This document shows, piece after piece, positions 35,665 to 46,205 of a stretch of 54,086 bases of DNA. Within the stretch, counting starts at the first letter, position 1, and every line of letters begins with the position of its first letter. The position numbers and the translations under genes are program-made. This DNA comes from Anaerolineae bacterium (GTDB lineage Bacteria > Chloroflexota > Anaerolineae > JAAYZQ01). The stretch is from positions 1 to 54,086 of the forward strand of contig JAMJFU010000003.1 in the NCBI GenBank assembly GCA_023544525.1. The letters run 5' to 3'. Under the pieces are notes generated by a model that did not search any database, had not been told where the DNA came from, and was given only the letters and a program-made list of their open reading frames with translations.

Positions 35665-35731
35665 ATTGTATCGCGACGGCTGTTAGAGGGCCATAAACGG
35701 GCGGCAGTCGTGTGTTAGAGTCCTATTAGAG
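35665..35731 (-). promoter_or_regulatory. -10 box plus three T(G/A)TTAGAG direct repeats (putative OmpR-family boxes)
   Basis: Repeats at 35681, 35713 and 35724; TACAAT 6 nt before ATG 35658. Confidence 0.5.
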
Positions 35732-35760
35732 ATTGTGAAACCGGCCTCGAACCTGGGTCG

Positions 35761-35789
35761 ATCTTAGCACAAGCGCCAGCTAAAGTCAA
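35761..35789 (-). promoter_or_regulatory. Upstream sigma70 promoter for the receiver-rubrerythrin unit
   Basis: TTGACT-N17-TAAGAT with an extended -10. Confidence 0.6.
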
Positions 35790-35818
35790 AGACCAGTTGT
35801 CCCAGGGTCCTTGGCGGT

Positions 35819-36529
35819 TCAGGCTTGGTCTTCCTCCGGTTGGTAGAGCATATAGCCGGCTCCCGGCTGTGTCAAGAGATAGCGCGGCTCGGAGGGCTCT
35901 GGCTCCAGCTTCTGCCGCAGATACCGCATGTAGACCCGCAGATACTCGGTCTCCTCTCCATATTCCGGTCCCCACACCGCCCGGAGTAGCTCGCGATGAG
36001 ACACGACGCGGTTGGGGTTGCTGGCCAGGTAAGATAGGAGCCGGTACTCGGTCGGAGTCAGCTTGACCGCATCACCATCGACGGTGACCCGGTGTTGGGC
36101 AAAGTCGATTTCTACCGGCCCTACCTTAAAATGCTGGCGGCTGAGGATCTCCTCTGGCCACTTGGTGCGGCGCAAGACCGCCTGCACCCTCATGAGTAAT
36201 TCAGTCACGGAGAAGGGCTTGGTCAGATAGTCGTCGGCTCCGACTTCGAAGCCGTGGACGAGGTCGACCTGGGCACTGCGAGCGGTCAGCATGATCACAG
36301 GCACGACCGAGAACTCGCGGATGCGACGGCAGACGGCGTAGCCATCCATCTTGGGCAACATCAGGTCGAGGATGACCAGATCTGGAATCTCCTCCTCGAC
36401 CATTTTGACCGCCTGCTCCCCATCGTCAGCGAGCAAGACTCTGTAGCCCGATGATTCGAGGTTGGCTTTTACCAGCTTCTGGACATGGGGTTCGTCATCT
36501 ACGACGAGGATGCTGGCTTTCTTTGACAT
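35819..36529 (-). CDS. OmpR/KdpE-family response regulator
   Basis: Receiver (VDD, LDLMLP, GADDYLTKPF) plus wHTH (LTPTEY, VWG, LRQKLE). Confidence 0.95.
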   Translation of the reverse strand: MSKKASILVVDDEPHVQKLVKANLESSGYRVLLADDGEQAVKMVEEEIPDLVILDLMLPKMDGYAVCRRIREFSVVPVIMLTARSAQVDLVHGFEVGADDYLTKPFSVTELLMRVQAVLRRTKWPEEILSRQHFKVGPVEIDFAQHRVTVDGDAVKLTPTEYRLLSYLASNPNRVVSHRELLRAVWGPEYGEETEYLRVYMRYLRQKLEPEPSEPRYLLTQPGAGYMLYQPEEDQA

Positions 36530-36540
36530 CGGTGTCCTCC

Positions 36541-38151
36541 TCAGCCTGACCGGGCAGGTCGGTGTGATGTCGGGCTAGCTTGTACGAGTGGTAGACTGAA
36601 ATGGAACGTGCTGCCAACGCCCGGCTCACTATCCGCCCAAATCGCGCCCTCCTGAGCCTCCACGATGGCTTTGGATATCGACAACCCCAGGCCGCTGCCG
36701 CCCACTTTTCGGGTCGAAGCGCTGTCTACCTGGTAGAAACGGTCGAATACATGGGCTAATTGGCCGGATTCGATGCCGATGCCCTCGTCGGCAACGCTTA
36801 CGACGAGCATCTCCTCTCCGGGCACAGCAGTGATGCAAATCGAGCCACCTCCAGGCGAGTACTTGACCGCGTTCTCCACGAGGTTCCGCAGCACCTGGCG
36901 CGTGCGACGAGGATCGGCCATAACCAGGGACGCTCGAGGTGGCAGCCGGAGCTGGAACTGGTGGTCCCGGGTCATCATCTGGAACTCGGCCGCAGTCTCC
37001 TGGATCATGGGGACCAGGTCCATGGGTTCCGGCTCAACGGGCAGTTCTCCTGCCTCGATGCGCGACATGTCAAGAAGGTTGCCGATCAATTCTGATAGGC
37101 GGTCGCTCTCCTCGTCAATGATCGATAGGAACTCACGGCGAGTGGTCTCATCCCACTCCACGTCTTCGCGCAGAAGGGTGGTGGCAAAGCCCTTTATGCT
37201 GGCCAAGGGGGTGCGCAGTTCATGGCTCACCGTGGAGAGCAGCCGTGACTTGATCTCATCCAGTTCTCGCTCGCGCGTGATGTCGTGTAGTAGCAAGCCC
37301 ACGCCCTGCGAGCCCCCTTCTGTATTGTGGATGGGAAAGCTCCGGACCTGCAGCGTGCGGGATTGTGGCTCGTTCAGCATGAACTCGACGGCGGGAGTAT
37401 CTTCGACGTTGGAGGCTGCACTTTGTAGCTCACGAAGCATCCGCTCGGGTTCCTCCACGCGACCTGCGATGGCGCGTCCCAGGTCTTCCAGTGTGCGTCC
37501 AATTAGCGTGAAGGCCGGGAGGTCGAGGATGGTCTCTGCCCAGGGGTTGGCATAGGAGATCCGGCCATGGTGATCCATCAGGATCAGGCCGTCCACCAGG
37601 CTGTTCATGACGCTGTCGAGGGTGGCCCGGCGCCGCTCGGCGTCGTCGATGAGCTGGGCATTGGCGATGGCGATGCCAATCTGATTCCCGATGGCGGTCA
37701 GAAGCTCGGTATCTTCCAGTGCAAAGTCCCGAGGGTTGCGACTCTGGATGTTGAGCAGCCCGAGTACCTCCCCCCGGGCCATCAGCGGCAGGCGCACACA
37801 GGAGCGAAAGCCCTCCCGCAGGCAGGCCGTGCGCGTCCGCGCACCGTGGCTGGCCAGGTCGCCAACGACCAACATCTGCCGTGTCTGGACCGCCCTGCCA
37901 CACAGGCACTCGTGAGAGCCGATGTGCGATTCTTCCTGGACATAGGTGTCGGAGACACCCTGGTAGGTGTGCAGCACGAGTTCGCCCGTCTCTTCGTCGA
38001 GCAAAAAGATCTCCCCGGACTGCTCTCCGATGACCTGCAGGGTTGTCTCGAGCGCACCCTGGAGGATCTCGTCCAGATCCTGGGTGCAGTTCACCTGAGC
38101 GGCAATCGCCGTCAGAGCGGCTAATTCTTTACCGCGCGTTGTCTCGGACAC
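36541..38151 (-). CDS. GAF-PAS sensor histidine kinase (cytoplasmic)
   Basis: GAF, PAS, H box SHELRTPL, NAVKYS, DEGIG and GSGLGL; no TM helices. Confidence 0.93.
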   Translation of the reverse strand: MSETTRGKELAALTAIAAQVNCTQDLDEILQGALETTLQVIGEQSGEIFLLDEETGELVLHTYQGVSDTYVQEESHIGSHECLCGRAVQTRQMLVVGDLASHGARTRTACLREGFRSCVRLPLMARGEVLGLLNIQSRNPRDFALEDTELLTAIGNQIGIAIANAQLIDDAERRRATLDSVMNSLVDGLILMDHHGRISYANPWAETILDLPAFTLIGRTLEDLGRAIAGRVEEPERMLRELQSAASNVEDTPAVEFMLNEPQSRTLQVRSFPIHNTEGGSQGVGLLLHDITRERELDEIKSRLLSTVSHELRTPLASIKGFATTLLREDVEWDETTRREFLSIIDEESDRLSELIGNLLDMSRIEAGELPVEPEPMDLVPMIQETAAEFQMMTRDHQFQLRLPPRASLVMADPRRTRQVLRNLVENAVKYSPGGGSICITAVPGEEMLVVSVADEGIGIESGQLAHVFDRFYQVDSASTRKVGGSGLGLSISKAIVEAQEGAIWADSEPGVGSTFHFSLPLVQASPTSHRPARSG

Positions 38152-38191
38152 AAAATTGGCTCACTTTCTGTTTCGACCCTATTGCGGCTGA

Positions 38192-38220
38192 AGTATAGCA
38201 CGGTTGACAACAGATGGCAA
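38192..38220 (-). promoter_or_regulatory. Promoter for the kinase-regulator pair
   Basis: TTGCCA-N17-TATACT with an extended -10. Confidence 0.7.
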
Positions 38221-38319
38221 AGTGCGCTGCTGCCAGGCAGGCAACACCCTCGACGGCGAACAGATCTGGTTGCAGGTCTGGTGGGTGCCAGATGCTCTCC
38301 CTTTGGGTAGCGGCCTATC

Positions 38320-38348
38320 TTGCAGGGGCCGGGCACTGGTGGTACAAT
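38320..38348 (+). promoter_or_regulatory. mutS promoter
   Basis: TTGCAG-N17-TACAAT with an extended -10. Confidence 0.65.
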
Positions 38349-38419
38349 ACCGCCATGGTTGAACCCTGGACAGAGAACGGTGCACCCTTGGTCACCACGC
38401 GGAGGGGGGAGAGGCGAGG

Positions 38420-41038
38420 ATGACCACGCCAATGCGCCAGCAGTACCTGCGAATCAAAAAGAAATATCCGGAGACGATCGTATTCTTCCGGCTCGGCGAT
38501 TTTTACGAGACCTTTGACGACGACGCCAAAATCGTTGCCCAGGTCTGCGACATCGTCCTCACGTCCCGGCCAGTAGGCAAGGATCACCGCGTGCCGCTGG
38601 CCGGCGTCCCCTACCATTCCGTGGAAGGCTATCTGGCCAAGTTGATCGAGGCCGGTCACAAGGTGGCGATCGTCGAACAGGTGGGGGATGTGACGGGTAA
38701 GGGCCTGGTAGACCGGGAGGTCGTACGTGTTGTAACTCCGGGCACGGTCGTGGAGCCCTCACTCCTCGACGAGCGGCGGAACAACTATGTAGCCGCTTTG
38801 GTGCTGGATGCCGGCCGGGCGGGCCTGGCCTACGCCGACATCACCACGGGCGAGTTCGCCACGACCCAACTGTCCGGGGAAGAGGTCACCACTACCGTTG
38901 TCGAAGAGATCGATCGCCTCAGGCCCGCAGAGATCGTAACCCCTGATCCGCAATTTCTGCATCAGAACCTGGAGGTCGGTACCGCACGCAACGGTCCCCG
39001 GGACACAGAGTCTGCCCCGCGCGGACCCATTGTGACCGAGTACGAGCGTTGGCCTTTTGAGCTGGAGACTGCCCAACAGGCCCTGCTCGATCACTTTGAA
39101 GTGGCGCGCCTGGATGGCTTTGGCGTAGGGGGCCAGCCACTCGCGATCCGGGCTGCCGGCGGCCTGCTGCACTACCTGGCAGAGACCCAGCGGGCCAGCC
39201 TGCAGCAGCTTTCCAATTTACGCACCTACTCCACGCAGCAGTTTATGGTGCTCGACGCAGCAACGCGGCGCAACCTGGAGCTTGTGGAGAGCCTGCGCCA
39301 CGGGACCACCCAGGGGTCGCTGCTGGGTGTGCTGGATCTCACGATGACCAGCCTGGGCGCCCGGTTGTTGCGGCGCTGGCTTACCCAACCTCTGGTCGAT
39401 TTGGAGCGGCTCAACGAGCGGCTGGACGTGGTGGATCTATTCTATCACGATACGCCGGCCCGGGTCCGCCTGCGAGCCCTCCTGAAGGACGTCTCTGATC
39501 TGGAGCGACTTGGTAGCCGGGTTGTACAGCGCGTCGCCAGGCCGAGGGATCTTCTGGGTATCCGCCAGACCCTGGAGACCTGGCCCGAGATCTGTGAAGG
39601 CCTGGAGCAGATGTCGAGTACGAACGCCTTTGTCCAGGAGCTTCTCGCTCTCGATGCGTGCCAGGATGTGGTTGACCTTGTGGCCCAGGCGCTGGTCGAA
39701 GATCCACCTGCAACGCTGGCTTCGGGCGGTGTGATCCGGCCTGGTTTCTCGGCCGAGCTGGACAACGTCACGGTGGCGGCCCGCAACGCCAAGGAATGGG
39801 TTGCCAACCTGGAGAAACAGGAGCGGGAGCGGACTGGCGTCAAGAGCCTCAAGGTCGGGTATAACAAGGTCTTTGGCTACTATCTGGAGGTGACCAAAGC
39901 CAATACGGGCCGGGTGCCCGAGGAGTATATCCGCAAGCAGACGTTGGTCAACGCCGAGCGGTATATCACGCCCGAGCTAAAGGAGTACGAATCGCTCATC
40001 CTGAACGCAGAGGAGCGCATTCTGGATTTAGAGGCCCGGATCTACGATCAACTCCTGGAACAGGTAGCGGCAGCATCGAAGCGGCTGCTGGCTCTGGCGC
40101 GCGCGTTGGCCCACCTGGATGTCTATGCCTGCCTGGCCGAAGTGGCGCTCATGCACCGCTATGTGCGTCCCGAGCTCTCCGAAGAGGGCGAGTTGCATGT
40201 GGTTGCCGGCCGTCACCCGGTGGTGGAAGTCACACAGCGGGATGAGCCCTTTGTGCCCAACGAAGTGCGTTTTTCGGCGGAAGAGGCCATTCTCATCGTG
40301 ACCGGACCCAACATGGCAGGCAAATCCACCTTTCTGCGCCAGGTGGCACTGATCGTGCTGATGGCCCAGATCGGCTCCTTTGTTCCGGCTGATGAGGTGC
40401 ATATCGGCCTGGTCGACCGCATCTTTACCAGGATTGGGGCACAGGACGAGATCAGTGCCGGACAGTCGACGTTCATGGTCGAAATGGTCGAAACGGCGAA
40501 CCTTCTGAACCACGCTACCTCGCGCAGCCTGCTGGTATTGGATGAGGTGGGGCGGGGTACCAGCACCTACGATGGCATATCGATCGCCTGGGCTGTGGTC
40601 GAGCATATTCACAACCACCCGCGGCTGCGGTGCAAGACCCTGTTCGCCACGCACTATCACGAGCTCACCCAGCTGGCAGACCTTTTGCCGCGCATCCGCA
40701 ACTACAACGTTGCAGTGGCCGAAGAGAAGGACAGGGTCGTGTTCCTGCGGCGCATCGTCCCCGGTGGTGCCGACCGCAGTTATGGCATCCACGTGGCACA
40801 GCTGGCTGGATTGCCCAAGCCGGTCATCCATCGCGCCAGGGAGATCCTCAAGGTGCTGGAGGAGGAAGCCCGGGCACCTGGGTCTACGAAAAAGACCATC
40901 GAGGTACGCCAGTTGCCCCTGTTTACCACCCGTAACCCCGTTGTCGAGGAGCTGGCGCACCTGGACGTCAGCGCCATGAGCCCTCTGGAAGCGATCACCA
41001 AGCTGTACGACCTGCAGAAGAAGGCCAAGGGAGATTAG
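38420..41038 (+). CDS. mutS: DNA mismatch repair protein MutS
   Basis: TPMRQQY, GDFYE, TGPNMAGKST, STFMVEM, DEVGRGT and SYGIHVA motifs. Confidence 0.98.
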   Translation: MTTPMRQQYLRIKKKYPETIVFFRLGDFYETFDDDAKIVAQVCDIVLTSRPVGKDHRVPLAGVPYHSVEGYLAKLIEAGHKVAIVEQVGDVTGKGLVDREVVRVVTPGTVVEPSLLDERRNNYVAALVLDAGRAGLAYADITTGEFATTQLSGEEVTTTVVEEIDRLRPAEIVTPDPQFLHQNLEVGTARNGPRDTESAPRGPIVTEYERWPFELETAQQALLDHFEVARLDGFGVGGQPLAIRAAGGLLHYLAETQRASLQQLSNLRTYSTQQFMVLDAATRRNLELVESLRHGTTQGSLLGVLDLTMTSLGARLLRRWLTQPLVDLERLNERLDVVDLFYHDTPARVRLRALLKDVSDLERLGSRVVQRVARPRDLLGIRQTLETWPEICEGLEQMSSTNAFVQELLALDACQDVVDLVAQALVEDPPATLASGGVIRPGFSAELDNVTVAARNAKEWVANLEKQERERTGVKSLKVGYNKVFGYYLEVTKANTGRVPEEYIRKQTLVNAERYITPELKEYESLILNAEERILDLEARIYDQLLEQVAAASKRLLALARALAHLDVYACLAEVALMHRYVRPELSEEGELHVVAGRHPVVEVTQRDEPFVPNEVRFSAEEAILIVTGPNMAGKSTFLRQVALIVLMAQIGSFVPADEVHIGLVDRIFTRIGAQDEISAGQSTFMVEMVETANLLNHATSRSLLVLDEVGRGTSTYDGISIAWAVVEHIHNHPRLRCKTLFATHYHELTQLADLLPRIRNYNVAVAEEKDRVVFLRRIVPGGADRSYGIHVAQLAGLPKPVIHRAREILKVLEEEARAPGSTKKTIEVRQLPLFTTRNPVVEELAHLDVSAMSPLEAITKLYDLQKKAKGD

Positions 41039-41190
41039 TCGATAGGCACCTCTCCGGGGCACCGGGTGAGGTTCCTATTGTCGGCCAGGGCTCGTGGAGG
41101 ACCTGCCTTGGTGCCAGGTCCTGTTCACCTGGGCCATCCCCGATGAGGCAGAGCCCGTTTCGACCTCCTGTTCGGACTCTGTTCGGGTTT

Positions 41191-41249
41191 TTGCGTTCCC
41201 GTCCAAGTTGTGGTATTATTCACGCGAGACTATGTGAGACCTTTCACAA
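41191..41249 (+). promoter_or_regulatory. rex promoter with Rex operator(s)
   Basis: TTGCGT-N17-TATTAT. ATGTGAG-ACCT-TTCACAA (41232-41249) and a weaker TTGTGGT-ATTA-TTCACGC (41208-41225), compared with the Rex consensus TTGTGAA-N4-TTCACAA. Confidence 0.75.
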
Positions 41250-41264
41250 GGCCGCGGGAGGGGA

Positions 41265-41903
41265 ATGACGGAGATGGGGATGCTGCCAGACAAGGCTGTA
41301 CCGGACATTGTAATCGGGCGTCTGCCTATCTACTTGCGCGCCCTTGCCCACCTGGAGGCAGAGGGCCAGCGCATCATCGCCTCAAAAGACCTCGCAAAAC
41401 GACTGGGGATGAGCTCAGCACAGATACGCAAAGACCTGTCGCATTTTGGCGAGTTTGGCAAGCAGGGAATGGGCTACGACGTCACCTATTTGCGCGATCA
41501 GCTCAGAACGGTCCTGAACATAGACCGGCGATGGGACGTCGCACTGGTGGGTGCGGGTGATCTGGGCCATGCCATTGCCTACTATGGCGGTTTTGAGGGG
41601 CGGGGTTTCCACATATCTTGCGTGTTTGACAATAACCCCCAAAAGATCGGCCGCCGGTTGGGCCGTTTTGAGATCTTGGACGCGATAGAACTTCCAGCCA
41701 AGCTGAGGGAGCTGGATATCCGGATCGCCATCGTGGCTGTCCCGGCGAATGCTGCGCAGGCGGTCGTCGATGACCTGGTCACTGGCGGTGTCAAGGCGAT
41801 CCTGAATTACGCCCCCATAACAGTGACCGTGCCGGCGGGCGTGCACGTGCAATACATCGATCCCGTAGTTCATCTGCAGCGGATGTCCTACTACCTTGAA
41901 TAG
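41265..41903 (+). CDS. rex: Redox-sensing transcriptional repressor Rex
   Basis: RLPIYLR, QIRKDLSHFGEFGKQGMGY, GAGDLG and ILNYAP motifs. The start may be 41274. Confidence 0.96.
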   Translation: MTEMGMLPDKAVPDIVIGRLPIYLRALAHLEAEGQRIIASKDLAKRLGMSSAQIRKDLSHFGEFGKQGMGYDVTYLRDQLRTVLNIDRRWDVALVGAGDLGHAIAYYGGFEGRGFHISCVFDNNPQKIGRRLGRFEILDAIELPAKLRELDIRIAIVAVPANAAQAVVDDLVTGGVKAILNYAPITVTVPAGVHVQYIDPVVHLQRMSYYLE

Positions 41904-41926
41904 GCGCTCCTGAGGGGCAATCAAAC

Positions 41927-41962
41927 AAAAAAGGCGCAAGGGGTCCAACCCGTGCGCCTTTC
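41927..41962. terminator. Bidirectional terminator between rex and mreB
   Basis: AAAAAAGGCGCA..GGG...CCC.TGCGCCTTT hairpin between convergent genes. Confidence 0.8.
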
Positions 41963-41980
41963 GTCACCTCGGGCCAAGCC

Positions 41981-42985
41981 TCAGTAGGCGGGCAAGCTCC
42001 TCTTGATCACCTCATAGTCCTCCAGGGCCTTTCCAGCGCCCAAGGCGACGCAGGCGATGGGGTTATCGGCCACGTAACAAGGCACGCCTGTCTCCTTGGT
42101 CAGCAGTTGGTGAAAGTCACGCAAGAGCGAGCCGCCACCCGTCATGACGATGCCGCGGTCAATCACATCGGAGGCCAACTCGGGAGGCGTCTTTTCCAGG
42201 ACGTTCTTGACCACGCCCACGATGGAAGCCAGGGGTTCTGCGATGGCCTCGGTCACTTCCCCGGACGTAATCTGGATGGTCTTGGGCAGGCCAGATACCT
42301 GGTCCCGGCCTCTGACTTCCATGGTGAGTTCTTCTGCCAGTGGCAGGGCGCCGCCGATCTTGATCTTGACATCCTCCGCCGTCTGCTCGCCAATCATCAG
42401 GTTGTACTTTCGTTTCACGTAGCTGATTATGGCCTCGTCGATGCGGTTGCCGCCGATACGCACGGAGGCGAATTCCACGATCCCATTCATCGAGATGACA
42501 GCCGCCTCGCTGGTGCCACCGCCGATGTCGACGACGAGGTTGCCGGTAGGGGTATTGACAGGCATGCCGGCTCCGATGGCGGCGGCCAGCGGCTCAGGGA
42601 TGAGATAGGCTTCACGACCTCCGGCCTGGATTGCAGCGTCGTGCACCGCGCGGCTCTCCACGCTTGTCACCCCCACCGGCACGCTGATGGCGATGAGAGG
42701 CTTGAACAGGCGCAATCGTCCTGCCACCTTCTCGATAAAGTAGCGCAACATCGCCTCAGTCACTACATAGTCGGCGATGACACCATCGCGCAGCGGCCGG
42801 GCAACCTCGATGGTCTCCGGTGTGCGACCCAGCATGGCCCGCGCCTCGCTGCCCACAGCCACGATCTTGTTGTCGTTGATGGCAATGGCCACTACCGACG
42901 GTTCCTGCAGGATAATGCCCTTGCCGCGTACCCAGACTAGGACGTTGACGGTCCCCAGGTCTACCCCAATGTGCTTTGTCAGCAT
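41981..42985 (-). CDS. mreB: Rod shape-determining protein MreB/Mbl
   Basis: [27 protein letters not shown] and TGGGSLL motifs. Confidence 0.96.
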   Translation of the reverse strand: MLTKHIGVDLGTVNVLVWVRGKGIILQEPSVVAIAINDNKIVAVGSEARAMLGRTPETIEVARPLRDGVIADYVVTEAMLRYFIEKVAGRLRLFKPLIAISVPVGVTSVESRAVHDAAIQAGGREAYLIPEPLAAAIGAGMPVNTPTGNLVVDIGGGTSEAAVISMNGIVEFASVRIGGNRIDEAIISYVKRKYNLMIGEQTAEDVKIKIGGALPLAEELTMEVRGRDQVSGLPKTIQITSGEVTEAIAEPLASIVGVVKNVLEKTPPELASDVIDRGIVMTGGGSLLRDFHQLLTKETGVPCYVADNPIACVALGAGKALEDYEVIKRSLPAY

Positions 42986-43059
42986 CTATTCCCCTATCCA
43001 CTTGCGAGTTTCGTTCAGCATGATGGGGACGGGCTTTCCGCGTCCCCGTGGCTATCAGC

Positions 43060-43521
43060 CTACTCCTGCGATCCGGTCATCTGCTGCCGGTCTGGCGGTC
43101 TCTCACGCGGGCGCCGCTGGCGTCTGGCTACCTTCAAGCGGATCACGGAGCGACGCAGGGCAGCCTCGGCGCGCACAAAGTCCACATCCTCCCGTTGTTT
43201 CTGCTCCATGGTCTGCTGGGCGCGCTGCCGTGCCTCCTCGGCGGCGGCGATGTCGATCTCTTCGGCGCGCTCGGCCGAGTCCGCAAGAATGATGACGTGC
43301 TCGGGACCGACCTCCATAAAACCCCCGCCGATGGCGATGAACTCGTCGGGCTGATTCTCACGGTGGATGACCAGTTCGCCGAACGTCAGAGATGTCATCA
43401 AAGGGGCGTGCTTGGGCAAGATGCCCAGTTGTCCTTCGATGCCAGGGGCCAGGACCATGTCGACGTCACCCTCAAAAACGGTGCGCTCGGCAGTCACGAT
43501 CTCGCAGCGTATCTGGGCCAT
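43060..43521 (-). CDS. atpC: ATP synthase F1 epsilon
   Basis: GQLGILPKHAPL, GGFMEV and LADSAE motifs. Confidence 0.96.
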   Translation of the reverse strand: MAQIRCEIVTAERTVFEGDVDMVLAPGIEGQLGILPKHAPLMTSLTFGELVIHRENQPDEFIAIGGGFMEVGPEHVIILADSAERAEEIDIAAAEEARQRAQQTMEQKQREDVDFVRAEAALRRSVIRLKVARRQRRPRERPPDRQQMTGSQE

Positions 43522-45021
<1,500 letters not shown>

Positions 45022-45270
45022 TCAGTCCAGATGCTCTCCAGGCACCACCAGGCAGGTGACTGTATCCCGCACGCCAGCCGCAGGGCGGATGTCCTCCATC
45101 ACAGCCCTGAGGATGGCCTCGGTCGTAGCCGCCTCGATGGACACGATCAGGTCGTACGGGCCGGTGATCATCTCGACAGAGCGGACGGCCGGGCTGATTT
45201 TCAGGCTACTGTAGATCGCCTTGGTGAGACCCGGTGCCGTTCTCAAGAGAATGTATGCCTTGGCTGTCAT
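45022..45270 (-). CDS. Stand-alone Lrp/AsnC ligand-binding (RAM) domain protein
   Basis: 82 aa with AYILL...ITGPYDLIV...IRPAAGVRDTVT; no HTH. Confidence 0.8.
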   Translation of the reverse strand: MTAKAYILLRTAPGLTKAIYSSLKISPAVRSVEMITGPYDLIVSIEAATTEAILRAVMEDIRPAAGVRDTVTCLVVPGEHLD

Positions 45271-45284
45271 TGCTCATCCGCCTT

Positions 45285-46190
45285 TCAAGCCCGCGCCCTG
45301 GACAGTGCCTCAGCACCGCCCGCAATATCCAACATTTCCGTGGTAATCGCCTCTTGGCGGGCGCGGTTATACGTCAGGGTCAGGTCGCCCAAAAGCTCAT
45401 CGGCATTCTCTGTGGCGTTGCGCATGGCCACCATCCGGGCGCTGTGTTCGCTGGCCAGGGCCTCCAATACAGCCTGGTAGACCTGTAACTCGGTGAACCG
45501 GGGCAACACCGTGCCCAGGATCGTCTGCGGATCGGGTTCGTAGATGTATTCTACGGCCGGGGTTGGCGACCTCTGCTCCCGGTATTGGGACACGGGCGCA
45601 ACGCCCAACTGCAAAGGACGGATGGGCAGGAGCTGCCAAATCGCGGGCCGCTGGATGAGTGTGTTGATGAAATCGGTATGAGCCAGGTAGACGACGTCAT
45701 AGTGGCCTGAAATAAAGGCCTCCATCACCGTCCGGGCGATGGGCGTGACGTCCAGGAGCCCGGGCTGGGGTGGCAGGTCTGAGAACTCGGCGACGATGTT
45801 CTGACGCATGCGCCACATGGCGTCACGCCCCTTTCTGCCGACCGTTATCAGCTCCACCGGATAAGGCAACTCCTGGATAAAGCGCCATGTCGCCTGAACC
45901 ATGTTGTGATTGTAGCTGCCACAGAGGCCCTTATCTGCGGCGATCAGCACCATGCCAATGAGCTCAACCTCCCTGACCTGAAGCAGGGGGTGGACCTCTT
46001 CGTCAGCACCGCGCTGGGCGGCCAGATGGCCGAGTACGTCCCAGGCTTTCTCTGCATACGGACGCGTGGCAAGCACCTGCTCCTGGGCGCGCCGCATCTT
46101 GGATGCAGCGACCATCTGCATGGCCCGCGTCACCTGCGATATGTTCTTGACGCTGCGGATTCGCCGCCGGATCTCTCGTGTGCTGGGCAA
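45285..46190 (-). CDS. atpG: ATP synthase F1 gamma
   Basis: TTG start; AMQMVAASK, DKGLCG, SEHSARMVAMRNATENA and RQEAIT motifs. Confidence 0.98.
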   Translation of the reverse strand: MPSTREIRRRIRSVKNISQVTRAMQMVAASKMRRAQEQVLATRPYAEKAWDVLGHLAAQRGADEEVHPLLQVREVELIGMVLIAADKGLCGSYNHNMVQATWRFIQELPYPVELITVGRKGRDAMWRMRQNIVAEFSDLPPQPGLLDVTPIARTVMEAFISGHYDVVYLAHTDFINTLIQRPAIWQLLPIRPLQLGVAPVSQYREQRSPTPAVEYIYEPDPQTILGTVLPRFTELQVYQAVLEALASEHSARMVAMRNATENADELLGDLTLTYNRARQEAITTEMLDIAGGAEALSRARA

Positions 46191-46205
46191 TGGGTGCTCC
46201 TTGTC

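Noticed and set aside
41099-41188. Hairpin and CTGTTC repeats downstream of mutS
   Set aside because: Short stem with a poor U tract and 6-mer repeats that could arise by chance.
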